DNA of 63,104 bases, filler included, from Octopus bimaculoides (lineage: Eukaryota), in assembly GCF_001194135.2 (NCBI RefSeq). It is 4 parts of 4 records of this genome, joined end to end, with 100 filler letters (N's around TTAATTAATTAA, not from the genome) between each part and the next. Parts side by side here need not be neighbours in the genome. Positions count along the whole stretch, not along the records: positions 26,622 to 52,900 come from NC_068981.1; 3 more parts are not named here. The stretch is one strand, 5' to 3'. How positions within the stretch are numbered: the stretch's first letter is position 1; every line of letters begins with the position of its first letter. The notes beneath the pieces are model-generated. The model did not search any database. It saw only the letters and a program-made list of their open reading frames with translations, and was not told the DNA's origin. Of the stretch, positions 26,727 through 40,772 are shown one piece after another. A program made the position numbers and the translations under genes.

Positions 26727-27740
26727 GAGTGCGGTGAATCAACTGTCGTCTAACTTACGAAAAAAGTGAAAGTGACGTTGGCGTCTCATTTTAACAGATA
26801 TATTTACCAAAATTACATTAAAATATCTTGAAATACTAAAGAGTAAATTTATTCAATAAAATTGCCATTGGCTTCAACAACAGCTTCCAGACGATTTCGG
26901 AATTTCATGCAATTTTTCTGCACGGTCCCCTTGTTTAAGTTGGTGAATGCTGCCATAATCCTTGCCTTCAGTTCATCTTTGGTGTTACAAGGAGTTTTGT
27001 TAGTCTCTCGCTCAACTATGCCCCACACATAATAATCAAGTGGGGTTGCAATCTTGGGAGTTAGGTGGCCAGATGTTAGGTGTGATGTGGTCACGGAAAT
27101 TGTCTAACAGCCATGACTGAGTTGTGTGACATGGTGCAGAGTCCTGTTGCAAGACATAGGGTCTTCCAGCAGCCACCTTCTTGACTCAGGGCAGCACTAC
27201 CTTCTCCGGGCAATAAGTAATCTAAAATTCATCATCATCATCATTTAATGTCCATTTTCCATGCCAGCATGGGCTGGATGATTTGACTGAAAACTAGTAA
27301 CCTGGGGAGCTGCATGAGGTTCCAATCTAATTTGGTATAGTTTCCACAGATGTAGGTCTCCGTGTTGAGTCTGAAGCCGTGTGGGATGATGAATGGAGGT
27401 ATAACGTCGCCATCACTAGTGATCACTCCAAACACCATGATGTTGACTGGATGGTTGATTTTTATCACTCTCGGTACATGTCCTCAAATTGCACTTTCTT
27501 CAGATTGACAAACAGTCTGAAATGTTCGTATTGGAACTTCCGGTACGAGTGCCAAGCGGTACAGCATGTCGTTTCCAAATTTCTGGCACAGTGAATCGCG
27601 TCATGATGCTTTGTTTCTCACAGACGGTGCCCAACTGACCCTATTATACTGTGTAGTCGACAAAACCCAAAACATACAATGCGCAGGCGCGAAATTGAAA
27701 ATATAAATGGTGACAATTTACCCATCGAATCCTGCATATA
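26727..27740 (-). mobile_element. Internally deleted Tc1/mariner (maT, DD37D-like) element
   Basis: The N-terminus MTRFTVPEIWKRHAV is fused to HPVNIMVFGVITSDGDVIPPFIIPHG, then QQDSAPCHT and PLDYYVWGIVERETNKTPCNTKDELKARIMAAF...LEAVVEANGNFIE*. Degenerate TA-flanked TIRs at both ends. A retroposon is inserted at 27232-27352. Confidence 0.9.
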
Positions 27741-28869
27741 TATATATATATATATATANNNNNNNNNNNNNNNNNNNNNNNNNNNNNNNNNNNNNNNNNN
27801 NNNNNNNNNNNNNNNNNNNNNNNNNNNNNNNNNNNNNNNNNNNNNNNNNNNNNNNNNNNNNNNNNNNNNNNNNNNNNNNNNNNNNNNNNNNNNNNNNNNN
27901 NNNNNNNNNNNNNNNNNNNNNNNNNNNNNNNNNNNNNNNNNNNNNNNNNNNNNNNNNNNNNNNNNNNNNNNNNNNNNNNNNNNNNNNNNNNNNNNNNNNN
28001 NNNNNNNNNNNNNNNNNNNNNNNNNNNNNNNNNNNNNNNNNNNNNNNNNNNNNNNNNNNNNNNNNNNNNNNNNNNNNNNNNNNNNNNNNNNNNNNNNNNN
28101 NNNNNNNNNNNNNNNNNNNNNNNNNNNNNNNNNNNNNNNNNNNNNNNNNNNNNNNNNNNNNNNNNNNNNNNNNNNNNNNNNNNNNNNNNNNNNNNNNNNN
28201 NNNNNNNNNNNTTCGATGAAATTTGAATTTATTCTCTTTAGCCGGAGATATGCTACAGCATCTTGAATCAACAGGTTCGGATGGTACTATAAAATTGTTA
28301 AATTCTCCAAGAGATACTTTTTTTTTTTATTTATTATCATATCAGTATCTTTAAGAGAACTCAAGAAGCTTGGATTAATATGTACATTTGAAACTTTGGA
28401 CACAAGCTGGATTGAAAGCAATCCAAGACGTATATTTAAAAATATAAATATATTATATATTTTAGTAAAATAAACGCTAAGTCATACGCTTTGGTTGGTT
28501 CCCCTGTTTTTTTTTTGTCAAGCTGAAAGGAGAAAGAATTTGGTGTGATGAGATAGATGACAGAGAGAGAAAGAAAATATTGTAAAAAAAAAGTGGATTG
28601 GATAGATGGATGGGAAGGATATTGCCTGAGTGGAAGGAGGAGGAGAAAGAAAAATAAAAGGAGCCAAATAGTCAGCAGTGTGTGTGAGAATGAATGGTGA
28701 GAGAGAATACTGCAAAAGGAGTGACAGATGAAAATCTAACGCAAGTAAGAGAGGAAAGTGAGGCAGGAAAAAACTCTGAGCTCTTTCAACAGCAGAGAGC
28801 TAATGTGATAAAATAACATAAGTATAGTGATAATATGATTACACACGCACACACATACACACACACACA

Positions 28870-28916
<47 letters not shown>

Positions 28917-30488
28917 ACACATACCGAGTCACATATATACAATAGCAAGACGATACATATTGTTTGAGTTTATATATATATATATATATATATATGCTGT
29001 ATGTTCGCATGTAGTCTTATGAAAGAAATCTTATTTAAATAAGGCAAATATTTATTTCATTATTTTAACTATAAAGATTATGTTTAAAAAAAAAATTCCC
29101 CCATATATTCTTTCTTGTTCTTGGTAATGAGATTAGCAAAATGCCTTCCAAGTTTGTGTTGCTGATAATGTACTGGGTTTCTTTCATTAAAACTTACTTT
29201 AAACAAGATATTCGTGAGAAGTACAGCTAAAATATCGTAATGTGTATCTATTAATGCATCACGTGTTGTAACAAATTGTTATCGGTAATGCGTGTAATTC
29301 AATTACGTTCTTACGATTTCCATGTTGTTATCGTATACATGAAATTGACATGTATTGCGCTCGATATTTTTTCAGTTAGGGAAGAAAAAATTATTTTATT
29401 TATTAATACTTTATTTGCATATGAATGCATATAAGGCTTAGAAGAAGAGTCGATTGAATCTATCCTGGCATTCACATGGTACAGATTTTATCCAACACAT
29501 TGGAATGAAAAGCAAAATCGTCCCACAGTAAAATTTAAGCTCACAAAATAGCATTACAAAATTACATATCTAATCAAGCTTATTTATAGTATTTCTCTTC
29601 TGTCGCCCAGGCAGTATTTTTGTTGTTCTTGTTTCATTTATTACATAATTATAATCATGCTATACGTCCTATGTATATCCTAAATATTTTGTAGGCTTAA
29701 ACGCCCATAAAATGATAATGCAATGGTATTCCATTTCAGGCCTATAAAAAAATGTATTATGTGTGTTATGCAAGAATGTAAGTACACTAAAGAAAGAAAA
29801 ACTGATTTCGAATATTGACGTACGTCGAGTACTTAATGGTCATCAAATTAATCCCAGGTGGAATTGAATTAAAAAGGTTAATGCGGTCTATCTATACACG
29901 TGTACACATTAGTCTTGGGCAAGTTTTTTTTTCTGAGAAAGACAAACACTTACTCATTCTTACAATACTAACTCTGCTGTCCTCGTTACTGGAGTTTATC
30001 TAAGGGAATATTCACCGATTTGGCGTCAGTGTCCTAGCAAGTGATGCTTTCAAAACGCGTTGTGTCTGAACAGATACTATGGCGCTACTTCCGCAACTCT
30101 CTTACAGTTCTGTCAACTCACTGCTGTGGATTGGTAGTATTTCTTGATTCCAAAAGTATGAAAGGCAATGATGACCTTGACTGGACTTGAACTTAGGGAC
30201 AAGAGATCGGAACAAATATTGTGAAACATTCTATTCAACAAACTAACATCAATGCTAATTAGCTGACTTCAAAACACTATCGGATATAATTAACTACCAG
30301 ATGGTATTTAGTTCGGTGCTCCATCGATTCTGCTACGACTAGCCTCTCAAAGGACAGGTTTTAAAAGCTGTATAAGTAATTATCTACAATGTATTTCTGT
30401 GGATCTGACTCATTGCGAGCATATATTCATAAGTGTGCATGCGTGTTTGAGTGTGTAGGCGTATTTTTGTGTGTGTGTGTCTGTGTGT

Positions 30489-30530
<42 letters not shown>

Positions 30531-30799
30531 CTGTGTGTCTGTGTGTGCACAATTTCTTGCATACTAGAATTGATATTACAATAAATTTGCGGAAAGGCTG
30601 TAATACTATGGAAGTCATTTGGTCATAGTATTATATATTCATGCGGGTGGGCACGTGTGTATACATGTATATATTATCAAAAAAGGGCACCGTGAAACAC
30701 AACACGTGACGAAATACCGGGGTCGTTAGTGGATTTCGCACTCTACTCTAGTAACCAGTATTGTACGACGTGCTGTATCAACGTCAGGATAGACTAGTA

Positions 30800-31287
30800 T
30801 GTGAAATTAGAACCAATTAATAGAAAAGAAAACGAACGTGTCGACATAGCACAAGTAATGCATTAATAAGACGCTCGGGGAAGGAAAGGAGTACTAGTTT
30901 TACGTTTCGATCTCTTCTTCAGAAACAGGAAAAACAAGAATGTCAAAGCCAAGGACGAACAAATTCGCCAACAATCACGTGCAATTACATTTTTGGCGAG
31001 TTTTGTTTTAAACAGTGAGAGAATTGAAGAGAGGGTTGCCTACATTGAGGAGGTAAGTTGGAAAGAAAATGGAAGAGAAGGGAGTGAAGATGCTGGAGAA
31101 AGTGTGAGTGCAGGTGTAGGTGTGGGTGATGGCGAAGAGGAGGAAAAAGGAAGGAGAGTGGAAGGAGAACTGAAGTAAAGTGAAAGGAAGAGAAGGGAAG
31201 AGGAAGACTCACGGACAAATTATAATGATTCATAATCAAAGGTGCAGAAATGGCGTACTCCCAATGAATAAGATGACGTAATACAAT

Positions 31288-31339
<52 letters not shown>

Positions 31340-31920
31340 NNNNNNNNNNNNNNNNNNNNNNNNNNNNNNNNNNNNNNNNNNNNNNNNNNNNNNNNNNNNN
31401 NNNNNNNNNNNNNNNNNNNNNNNNNNNNNNNNNNNNNNNNNNNNNNNNNNNNNNNNNNNNNNNNNNNNNNNNNNNNNNNNNNNNNNNNNNNNNNNNNNNN
31501 NNNNNNNNNNNNNNNNNNNNNNNNNNNNNNNNNNNNNNNNNNNNNNNNNNNNNNNNNNNNNNNNNNNNNNNNNNNNNNNNNNNNNNNNNNNNNNNNNNNN
31601 NNNNNNNNNNNNNNNNNNNNNNNNNNNNNNNNNNNNNNNNNNNNNNNNNNNNNNNNNNNNNNNNNNNNNNNNNNNNNNNNNNNNNNNNNNNNNNNNNNNN
31701 NNNNNNNNNNNNNNNNNNNNNNNNNNNNNNNNNNGTGTGTTGAAACAGATGTTGTTGTACTTGGGGATGGTCATATTGTCAGTTTAGCCAATAAAAACAC
31801 ATGCACTGTACATTTGGTGTTAATTTGCTTCAGCTTTATATTACATTACATTACATTAATCCTATTTCGGCCAGAGTTCTTTCGCCACACTTCTGTGACC
31901 TCATCATTGGTCCTTTGCTT
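30800..31920 (-). repeat. Penelope-type repeat, homolog of 12330-12620, spanning a gap
   Basis: GACGCTCGGGGAAGGAAAG..ACGTTTCGA at 30870-30910 matches 12350-12390. GTGTGTTGAAACAGAT at 31735 matches 12474. Hammerhead-like motifs at 30897-30926 and 31869-31913. Confidence 0.65.
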
Positions 31921-34900
31921 TCTTCTTTCTTATGTGTGTCCCACCTTGCTAACTATCAAACGGTGTATTCATTTACAATGCTATCATATCTCACTCACCC
32001 CATCCTCCTACTCTCACGAGTTCTCCCTCCTCCTCCCTCTCTCCACCTACTATTTATTATCACTTCTAGCTCTTCCTCTACCTCTCCACTCTCCCTCTCT
32101 GGGTCAGCTGCATCCTACCTCGCCCTGCCTTTTACTCATTTGTTCCTCCTCACCCATTCAACATTTAGATCTCTCGTACCTGGATGTGAACTGCAATCTT
32201 CCAATTTTTCCTCCTGGAGAAGGAAGCCGGTATTACAGTAACGTCTCCATCTACTACTTGTATATCGATGTCTTTTTGCAACATTGCAATGGCTAATTGC
32301 GAACATTACAACTGTTACGTAAATATAAGATCACAGAAACACCTGTCGTGTTGAAAAAAACTATGCATTCTCTTAGTTTTCCGTATTTTTTGTATGTATG
32401 TATGTATGTATGTATATATGTACTTATGTATGTGTGTGTGTGTATGTGTGTATACTTCTTAAACTGATTTGTTTAGATAACAACTGAGTAGTTTTAGTAA
32501 GCTGGAATTGCTGATGTTATAGCTGTATCAATTCAGTATTTGAAAGCCAGTGGTTTGAGCATATTTTATCTGTATTAAAAAGCAATAGACGACACACATA
32601 CACACATGCATTCACTCATAATCCCATTACTAATGTAAATATGTGTGTGTGTGTATGTATATGTATGTATGTCTGTATGTACGTATGTATGTATACACCT
32701 ATGTTTGTGTCTTTGCAGGTTGTGTTCGCATCTCTTAATATTATCAGTCGTTTCAATGTAAACTGTTTCAATTCTGTTTTTTTTCTTAAAGAAAACATGG
32801 TATCGGTAAATGTGTCAGCGTAAGCACGGCTACGCACGCGCACACATACTCACGCGCACACACATGCACGTTCATATATACGTGTGTGTGAGTGTGTGTA
32901 TGTGTGTGTGTATGTGTATGCGTGTGCATGTATAATACATTATGATATGATACGTGATATACTAGAATTTGTACATGCAGGTGTGTCAATAGTCACTGAC
33001 AGAGAGAAAAGCAAGAACGAAAATGGAATAGAGTGTGAGAGGGGAAACAAATATTCTTTCCACAAGAGCGACTAATATAGGATGACATTCAATTTTACTT
33101 TATTATATGTTATTACCTAAATACACACACACACACACACACACACATACACACACTCGTACACGCGCATCCATTTCCTCACACTCACAACAAAAATAAA
33201 AGCAATTCTTGAACCATAAAACTTTGATAAAATGCCCATTTATAGACTACGGACTTAAAAACTTATTCGTTTTTGCTAATATTCATAAACATTTTATTAT
33301 TTAAAATCTGTTCTACTTTATTTGCAGATACATTTGACGTCATTTGACGCAGTTTATGTGGAAACGGTGGAAATATTATTTTTACATTGAAGTTTTTTTC
33401 ACTAAATCGTATTATAGAATAAGAGGAACGCGCGCGAACTCACACATATATACGCAGTCATTCATGTTTCTATCTGAATTAGAAATTCATTTCCTTTTAG
33501 CGACTGAGTTAACCAGAACTGAACGGTAAATATATGCTTATGTATATCTTTTGCTTAACAGCTTTTTAGACGATGCCAACTGAAATCGAGAGCCTAGTAG
33601 AACTGGAACCCACATCTCCATGTCGATACCTAGTTGAAATTATCAATATATCATAAAACATCTGATAAACAACAGATTTTCTTCCCGATATATATTTATG
33701 CGTCTCCAGAGTAAGTCTGTAATCGGTTTGGGCCCTTGGTATGTGTATTTACAACTGAATTCCATTTCCGATATCTCCTTCAAGTTCAATGCCGGTGTAC
33801 TCATGTAAATGTGCAGTTTATAAACTATCAGATTTGGCTGTGTTCCTATGAGAACATACCTCTTTCCATCCCAACCAATCCAGCCCCTCCGTCGACCTAG
33901 ATATGTAGAGTCAAAGTGAGATTTCTTCAGTCTTTGAGAAAGAGAAGATTCGAGCTATTGCTTTATCTAATTTATCTGTTGCAACAGCAGAGCATGATTG
34001 TTAACAGTAGAATTGGTAGAACTCTGTAAAAAAACTACACTGCAGCATTTAATTCGTCTTTTTACATTCTAAGTTTTATTTACCTCTCATCCTTGAGGAA
34101 TCATTAAAATCAATACTAATTTTGTCATTGATCCAAATATGTAGGTTTCAACTTAAGCGTATGTTAGAACATAAACAATCAACACTAATAAAGGCTTCTC
34201 GCATCGAGAGAAGGTTACACGTTTGTACAAGAGGCATGGGGCTGTCGAATGTATCGATGCTAAGTACATGAATGATTCCCTATCTTATTGATTATAGAAG
34301 AATGAAAGGCAGGTTTGAGTTGGTGTGATTCGGATTCATAACGTTCAGATCATAATTTAATATTGCATTGTCAGATAAATTTGGTCGTGTGTTTTACTTA
34401 TTTTGCATATCGTCATACGCCTGAAAAGAGATAATAATCATTGAAATTTCAAAAAACACTAAACAATAATTGTAGAAGAAAATTAGAGCTACAATCATCG
34501 CCAAATGTATGGAACAAATGTGTGAAAACTAGACTAGCTTCTATTTATTTCAAGTAAGCAGTTACGTCTAGAATTATATTTTTTATTTTGCCTAGTTTTC
34601 CTTCTGGATATCGAACCATTGTATCAGATATTAGTTAAGTATATCTCTATGTTGTATATATTTGAATCGAATTCTACGTAGGCATAACAATTTTTTTTTT
34701 TTTTTTAAATGTTCAAAACTTTTGACCACGACTGTTCTAAAAAAACCCCACAAAAGACAACGATAAAACTCCTTTTCGTATTAATTCAAATAACATTGGA
34801 AAGGATTAAAGTAAATGTCGAAAAAAAAATGAACGATTTTTTTATAACCCAATATTACAAGGTATTTTTAACTGAGGAGATTTGAACTTAAGTAAAAAAA

Positions 34901-37764
34901 AAAAAGAAAAATTCTGTCGAAGTGAACTTCATCAAATAAATTAGTTCACATATTACATCTAAGTCAAAGAAAACGAATTTCTATTTGAATAAGAATGAGC
35001 GATAAAATATTTTGGACTGGAAAATTCTATTTACATTAGTGGAATAGCAGAGTAAAGAAATATCGAAAAGCACTCAGCTTTGTCCAAAGTAATAGTTGCA
35101 TAAATCTTGATTTATTTTTTTCAAAGAAATCGATCACATATTAAAAATCTATTAATGAAATCAAGTGTTTTAAATAGGATATATTTTTTCAATTAACAAT
35201 ATTTTAATCTTTAACAATGTTGATAGCATTTTAGAAATAATAAATTTACCTCATTAAATCTCCTAATGAAATTTATCACTTCACTGTCTTTATTTTCTTT
35301 TTTTTTTTATATGACAAGTTAGATAAATTTTGTTGCTAATATTATATATTTTATATTTTAGATGAAAAAAGTATAAAGATTTAAGCTTTAAAAATAATTG
35401 GGTACTTCATATAAAATTGTATATTTTATCCTGTATCACATTCTATATTACAATATTTATGTCCATTTTCGAAATACACGTTTATTTATTATTATTATTT
35501 TTTTTTTTTTTGTTAGATTAGGTGTACGCTCAATTTAATGAATTCTAGTATATTACTGATACGCATTTTTTGGATCTCGGAGGAATAGAATGCATGATAA
35601 AAATTCAGGGAGATTTGATATTGTAATGTTATAAGCCTAACGCCTCATTGATTTTATAATATTTTTGCATTTTTTCAGTCCAATACATATATTGAGAAGA
35701 GTCCAAAAATAGCAGCTTCATCTTCCTTAAATCACAGCCCAACACGTTACGTAAAGAGAAGTAAACTGGATAATGGATTCCTGATATAAAATTATGAGAT
35801 GGTCATGGCTGGAGTGTCCGGTAAATTCTACTCATTTATGAATTCACATTTATCTTTCCAGTCCCAAGTTTTATAAACTGATATTAACCGTATAATAATG
35901 TCATATGATCTAAAAAAGTATGCGCACATATATATGTTTTTGTATCGAAATAAAATTTGTGAATGAGATAACATGCTCTACTTCGAGATCTTGTATCATG
36001 ATTTCAATTTTCCTGCAAGCGTTGTACAGTGTTCCTGTGCTGCACACTGCATCGTACTTATAATTAAACTAGGTTACTGGAACAGATTCTAAATTGTCAA
36101 ACAACATACGTGAACTTCATAACTACTTAGAATTGGACAATGCATCATCTTATAGTGTTTTCGTTATTAAAAAAAAAACAAACCCAGAAACTATGCAGAA
36201 ACATCACGCGAATCACCACGTGATATCTTTCCATCAAATTTTTATCTTTTCCCTTCTGTGTAATCTATGTATTTATATATTATTTACTGTTTGCAATTTG
36301 TTTTCTTCATGTAAGTTAATCAGAGCAAATTTATAGAATTTTTTTTCTCTCTTTACCATTTCTGGAAAACAATACATTACCGTAATTAATATCCTTTGGG
36401 AATTTTTGTCATAATATCTCTGTTAGTATATCTGTTTCTCTTTTGCGGCATTATTTAGGTTAAACATACTTCTTTAAAATCGGCTCCATTTCTTCTCATT
36501 CCTTCAGTTCAATCCGCTGCCAACCTCGGAAGATGGCCATTGCTAGTTGACCCAAATATCTTCAATGTTTATTCAGTGTCAGTCAAAACGTTCCGACGCC
36601 ATTGTATTTGTGCAGACGTGAACAGACAGCTGTAGCTTTATTTCTATATATCTAGAAATGTATATACATGTCAGTTGAATTCTTCAAATATCTCAAAGTG
36701 ATAGCTTTATATCGGTTCAAATATTTACATTGAAAATGTCTGATAACAATTGTAAACAAAAGGCGCAGGTCTGGCTATGACTGTGTGGTAAGAAGTTTCT
36801 TCCCAACCACATCAAACTGGGTTCAGTCCCTCTATGTGGAACCTTGGGCAAGTGATTTTACTATAGCCTCAGGTTGACCAGAGCCTTATGAGTGAATTTG
36901 GAAAAGAGAAACTGAAAAAAGACCATAGTATGTGTGTGCGTGTGTGTGTATACATACATACACACACACACACCGCGCACACACACGCACACACATACAT
37001 ANNNNNNNNNNNNNNNNNNNNNNNNNNNNNNNNNNNNNNNNNNNNNNNNNNNNNNNNNNNNNNNNNNNNNNNNNNNNNNNNNNNNNNNNNNNNNNNNNNN
37101 NNNNNNNNNNNNNNNNNNNNNNNNNNNNNNNNNNNNNNNNNNNNNNNNNNNNNNNNNNNNNNNNNNNNNNNNNNNNNNNNNNNNNNNNNNNNNNNNNNNN
37201 NNNNNNNNNNNNNNNNNNNNNNNNNNNNNNNNNNNNNNNNNNNNNNNNNNNNNNNNNNNNNNNNNNNNNNNNNNNNNNNNNNNNNNNNNNNNNNNNNNNN
37301 CTTTTTAATGCAAAGTATTAACATGTCCCTGTTGGTTAGGCAAGAATACATAGCAAGAAGGAAAAGGATTTAATGCATGTTTCATTCTAAGATGATGAAT
37401 GTGCTAGTATGAAAGAAATGTTCAACAAACACATCTCTAGACATACCATGATTTAAGTTGATCTAGTTCACAATAACAGCCTCCCTCAGATGCTACATAC
37501 TTACATGAAAGCCGAAATGTATGTTGACCGGTCGTACGTAAAAATTGTGTATGACTGTATGAAGGTGTGTTTAAAATCCCACTGTATAAGAAAAAAGTAT
37601 TATGCTCGGCAGTATCAGAAAAGCTTTATACTGTGCTTGACTCAGAAGTACCTAATTACGAAGCTTAGTTTTTATTTTGTATTGTCACATGATGAAAAGT
37701 TCAACTACCTATGTAGATTAATATATAACTAAAGAACCGTTACTTGTACATAGTTTTAGTTCAT

Positions 37765-37925
37765 ACACATCTATAAAGGGTAAAGACCCCCTTCGGTCAT
37801 GAATGTCCATGGGATTGCTTCTCAGAATGTTACCCTCTGCCGTACAAGATTCGGCAAGGTTCATTTTGGAAGACCAGTAGTCACCCATGCATACCAGTCT
37901 CCCTTCTCCATGCCACTTATATTAT
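37765..37925. mobile_element. Interspersed retroposon fragment
   Basis: AAAGGGTAAAGACCCCCTTCGGTCATGAATG..., recognised from memory as a common octopus-type repeat; not verified. Confidence 0.4.
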
Positions 37926-38543
37926 CCAAGGGTAAAGCAAACGATGATACAGCTTAGCCCCTGTGCCATATACGCACGTTTACATACATGGCTTAGATAT
38001 ATGCAGCCCGCCACCCTTTTACAAGTGTCCGCGACACACTGTTTCATTTATATATTGTACTTTCAAAGCGTTATCAAATAAATTAAAAACAGAAAATTTG
38101 CTTATTTTCTAAAATCGGAGACTGTTATTGATAAATCTATTTCTAAAATGTTATTTACATTGCTAAGGAAGGTTAAGAAGGAACTAAACCAGCTACAATG
38201 ACGTCAGCTGATGTACTTGATAAAAAGAGTGAAGTAATTTTGAAGTTTTCTTTGCTAACAATTACGCCAAACCGGTGACCGTGGGCTAATTTAAAAGTGG
38301 GCAAATTTAAAAGTGCATCATAATAATGTAGAAGGAATTGTCTTAGTAGAAAGCTGTATTGTCTACTGCTGCTATAGTGCAACCATTTGTCAGTAGTATT
38401 TCTTGTGGGGATTAGCAGCAGAAACAAACAGAGGGAAATACAAATTGTTAAAAATAGAAAAGACAGAAATATTTCTATTATCTTTTGAAGTAGTTGTGGC
38501 ATTGTACACACCCAATTTGAAAGTTTTCACTTTTACCCCTTTC

Positions 38544-40260
38544 ATGGCTTCGAAGAGAAAAGTATTCATGAAGTGTGCCATGTACTTTTTCGTTGAAATT
38601 AATGGAACACCAACACGTTTGATTTGCTTTGCAGCATTCAACTTTGGTCAAACAATATGACATCCGAAATTTAAGGAGTTGGAGTGGTTATTCAAAAAAA
38701 AAAAAAAAAGCAGCAGTTAAAGCCTATTAAAGTGGCAAGCCGGCAAAAATCGTTAGCATGGCGGGTGAAATAATTAGCGGTATTTCGTCTGTCTGCATGT
38801 TCTAAGTTCAAAATTGCCGAAGTTAAATTTACGTTTAATTTTTCGGGTCGATAACATAACTGTCTGTTCGATACTCGGTCGATGTGATCGACTTATCTCT
38901 TCCCCTGAAATTTAGGGCTTTGTGCCAAAATTTGGAACCAATATTTAACCTGCTCATCTTGTCACAAATGTTTCATTTAAAGCACAAGTTATGGGTTTGT
39001 CCATGAAATAACTGTGTCGTCGAAGTCTTTTCCAGAAAGGCGTTTTATAAAGAAATGCATGTTGACGGTTGCTAAGTATATTTTCCCGAAAATCCGTGAA
39101 ACATTTGCAAATATATGACTCCCTGCTATGCAGTTGCAATAAGGAGCAATTAATTATCAACGCATGTTAAAAGTCAAATGAAAAACAGAGTTCAGTTGCA
39201 AATTTTTTTTCAATAGGCAAAATTACGGAAATAAATGATTTGACACAACATTCAACCTCCAAGCATGATGTAGATAAAAACATGCATGTAATAGAAGAAT
39301 CTTGTGTGTTGATATCAATAAATGAACAGAGGATAAGATCTTTGTGAGTTTATTAGGGACCCTGGATGAAATAAGTATTTAATGGGCTCATATTGTGAGT
39401 CTTGTTCCAGAAGGCGCACGGCTAATGATTCGTTGAAAAGTTGACGTGACAGCTAGATTATAGGAAAACCTGCTAGCCGTGAACTCCAACCATCAATTTT
39501 ATAATGTTCATTGCATTATTCTAAGGAAAATATTGAACATTGTTCAATGTTGTAAACGTTGTTTACATATGCGCGTGAAGCCAACTGCGTCTTAGAGAAG
39601 ATTTATAATAAATATGAACTGCTGTATCACACGGATGATTAGTAGTTAACTCTGCGAATCATAAGAAATCAAGTTTATTAACTGTGATGAACAACAGAGA
39701 TTATTCATCAGGAATTTTGAGAAATGCACGTGATCTAGTGTCCATTGTAGCAACAGTAGAACATTTCAACTACCGGAATTTAATAAAGCTGTCAAGATGC
39801 AATAAATTGATGACAAATTCCATTGCATTTTGAGATGAACTTAACCTTTTTGAACGTTGACTATTAGCTAGTATTGTTACAAAATTTCCAGCTGTGAAGT
39901 CCTTCGAAGTCACATATATTTTATAGCATTATGATTTACAAATCAATGAATTCCAAGAAAAAGTTTTCCACTTACATATATCGTCTCCATATTTTTAGGG
40001 CCTAACTTTTGTTGGAATTATCATGCTACGAGAGTGTTCCGAGAGTGTAATTCGGTGTTCAGGAACAACTTTTCAAGTACCAATTGTGACAGATTTTATG
40101 AATTGCATGAAAAAACGTATCCTAGGTTTAAAACTCGCTCCGATGATTATGTTCATATTCGGAAGAACATACTTTTATGGACAATTATATTTTACCAAAT
40201 ATTCGATACTGAAATTAGCAACAACTCAGGAACCAAACACTTGGTACACTAGTCACGTGT
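38544..40260 (+). mobile_element. Degraded hAT transposase (SPIN/GTF2IRD2-like)
   Basis: Motifs occur collinearly across frameshifts: MASKRK..YFFVEINGTPTRLIC (38544), SFPERRFIKKCMLTVAKYIFP..FANI (~39010), WAHIVSLVPEGARLM (~39380), HCII (39509), LLYHT (~39620), and IFGRTYFYGQL (40155, hAT dimerisation FGSTY.CEQ). Confidence 0.85.
38715..38945 (+). mobile_element. SINE inserted into the hAT transposase
   Basis: GGCAAGCCGGCAAAAATCGTTAGCATG...GTTCAAA..GCCGAAGT...GGTCGATGTGATCGACTT. Same family as 59862-60075 and 62861-63068. Confidence 0.75.
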
Positions 40261-40387
40261 CGCCTTTTTGTCCACTCCAAGAAAAACCCAGCAAGAGGGA
40301 TCAGTAGCACAACATGTGTAACTAATTAATTATAGGAGTTTATACTCACGAATTGTTTTATGTGTTTCTTATTGCCTACATAATATG

Positions 40388-40772
40388 TTGTGGAGGCGCA
40401 ATGGTCTAGTGGTTAGGGCAGCAGACTCGCAGTCATAGGATCGCAGTTTCGATTCCTAGACCGGGCGTTGTGAGTGTTTATTGAGCGAAAACACCTAAAG
40501 TTCCACGAGGCTCCGGCAGGGGGTGGTGGCGAACCCTGCTGTACTCTTCCACCACAACTTTCTCTCACTCTTTCTTCCTGTTTCTGTTGTACCTGTAATT
40601 CAAAGGGTCAGCCTTGTCACAGTGTCACGCTGAATATCCCCGATAACTACGTTAAGGGTACACGTGTCTGTGGAGTGCTCAGCCACTTGCACGTTAATTT
40701 TACGAGCAGGCTGTTCCGTTAGTCAGATCAACTAGTACCTTCGACGTCGTAAGCGACGGAGTGCTAACAACA
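40388..40772 (+). mobile_element. Full-length tRNA-derived SINE with 10-bp TSD
   Basis: A box TGGTCTAGTGG (40402), B box GTTTCGATTCC (40446), (AAC)n tail. TSD ACATAATATG at 40378-40387 and 40773-40782. Confidence 0.9.

Noticed and set aside
36508-36560. GRWPLLVDP after a strong acceptor, resembling dynein AAA5 RWPL.IDP
   Set aside because: Similarity ends immediately (no QGQA), there is no good donor, and no other dynein exons are seen.
40388-40460. tRNA gene
   Set aside because: A and B boxes are present, but there is no acceptor stem, and it continues into a SINE body with tail and TSD.
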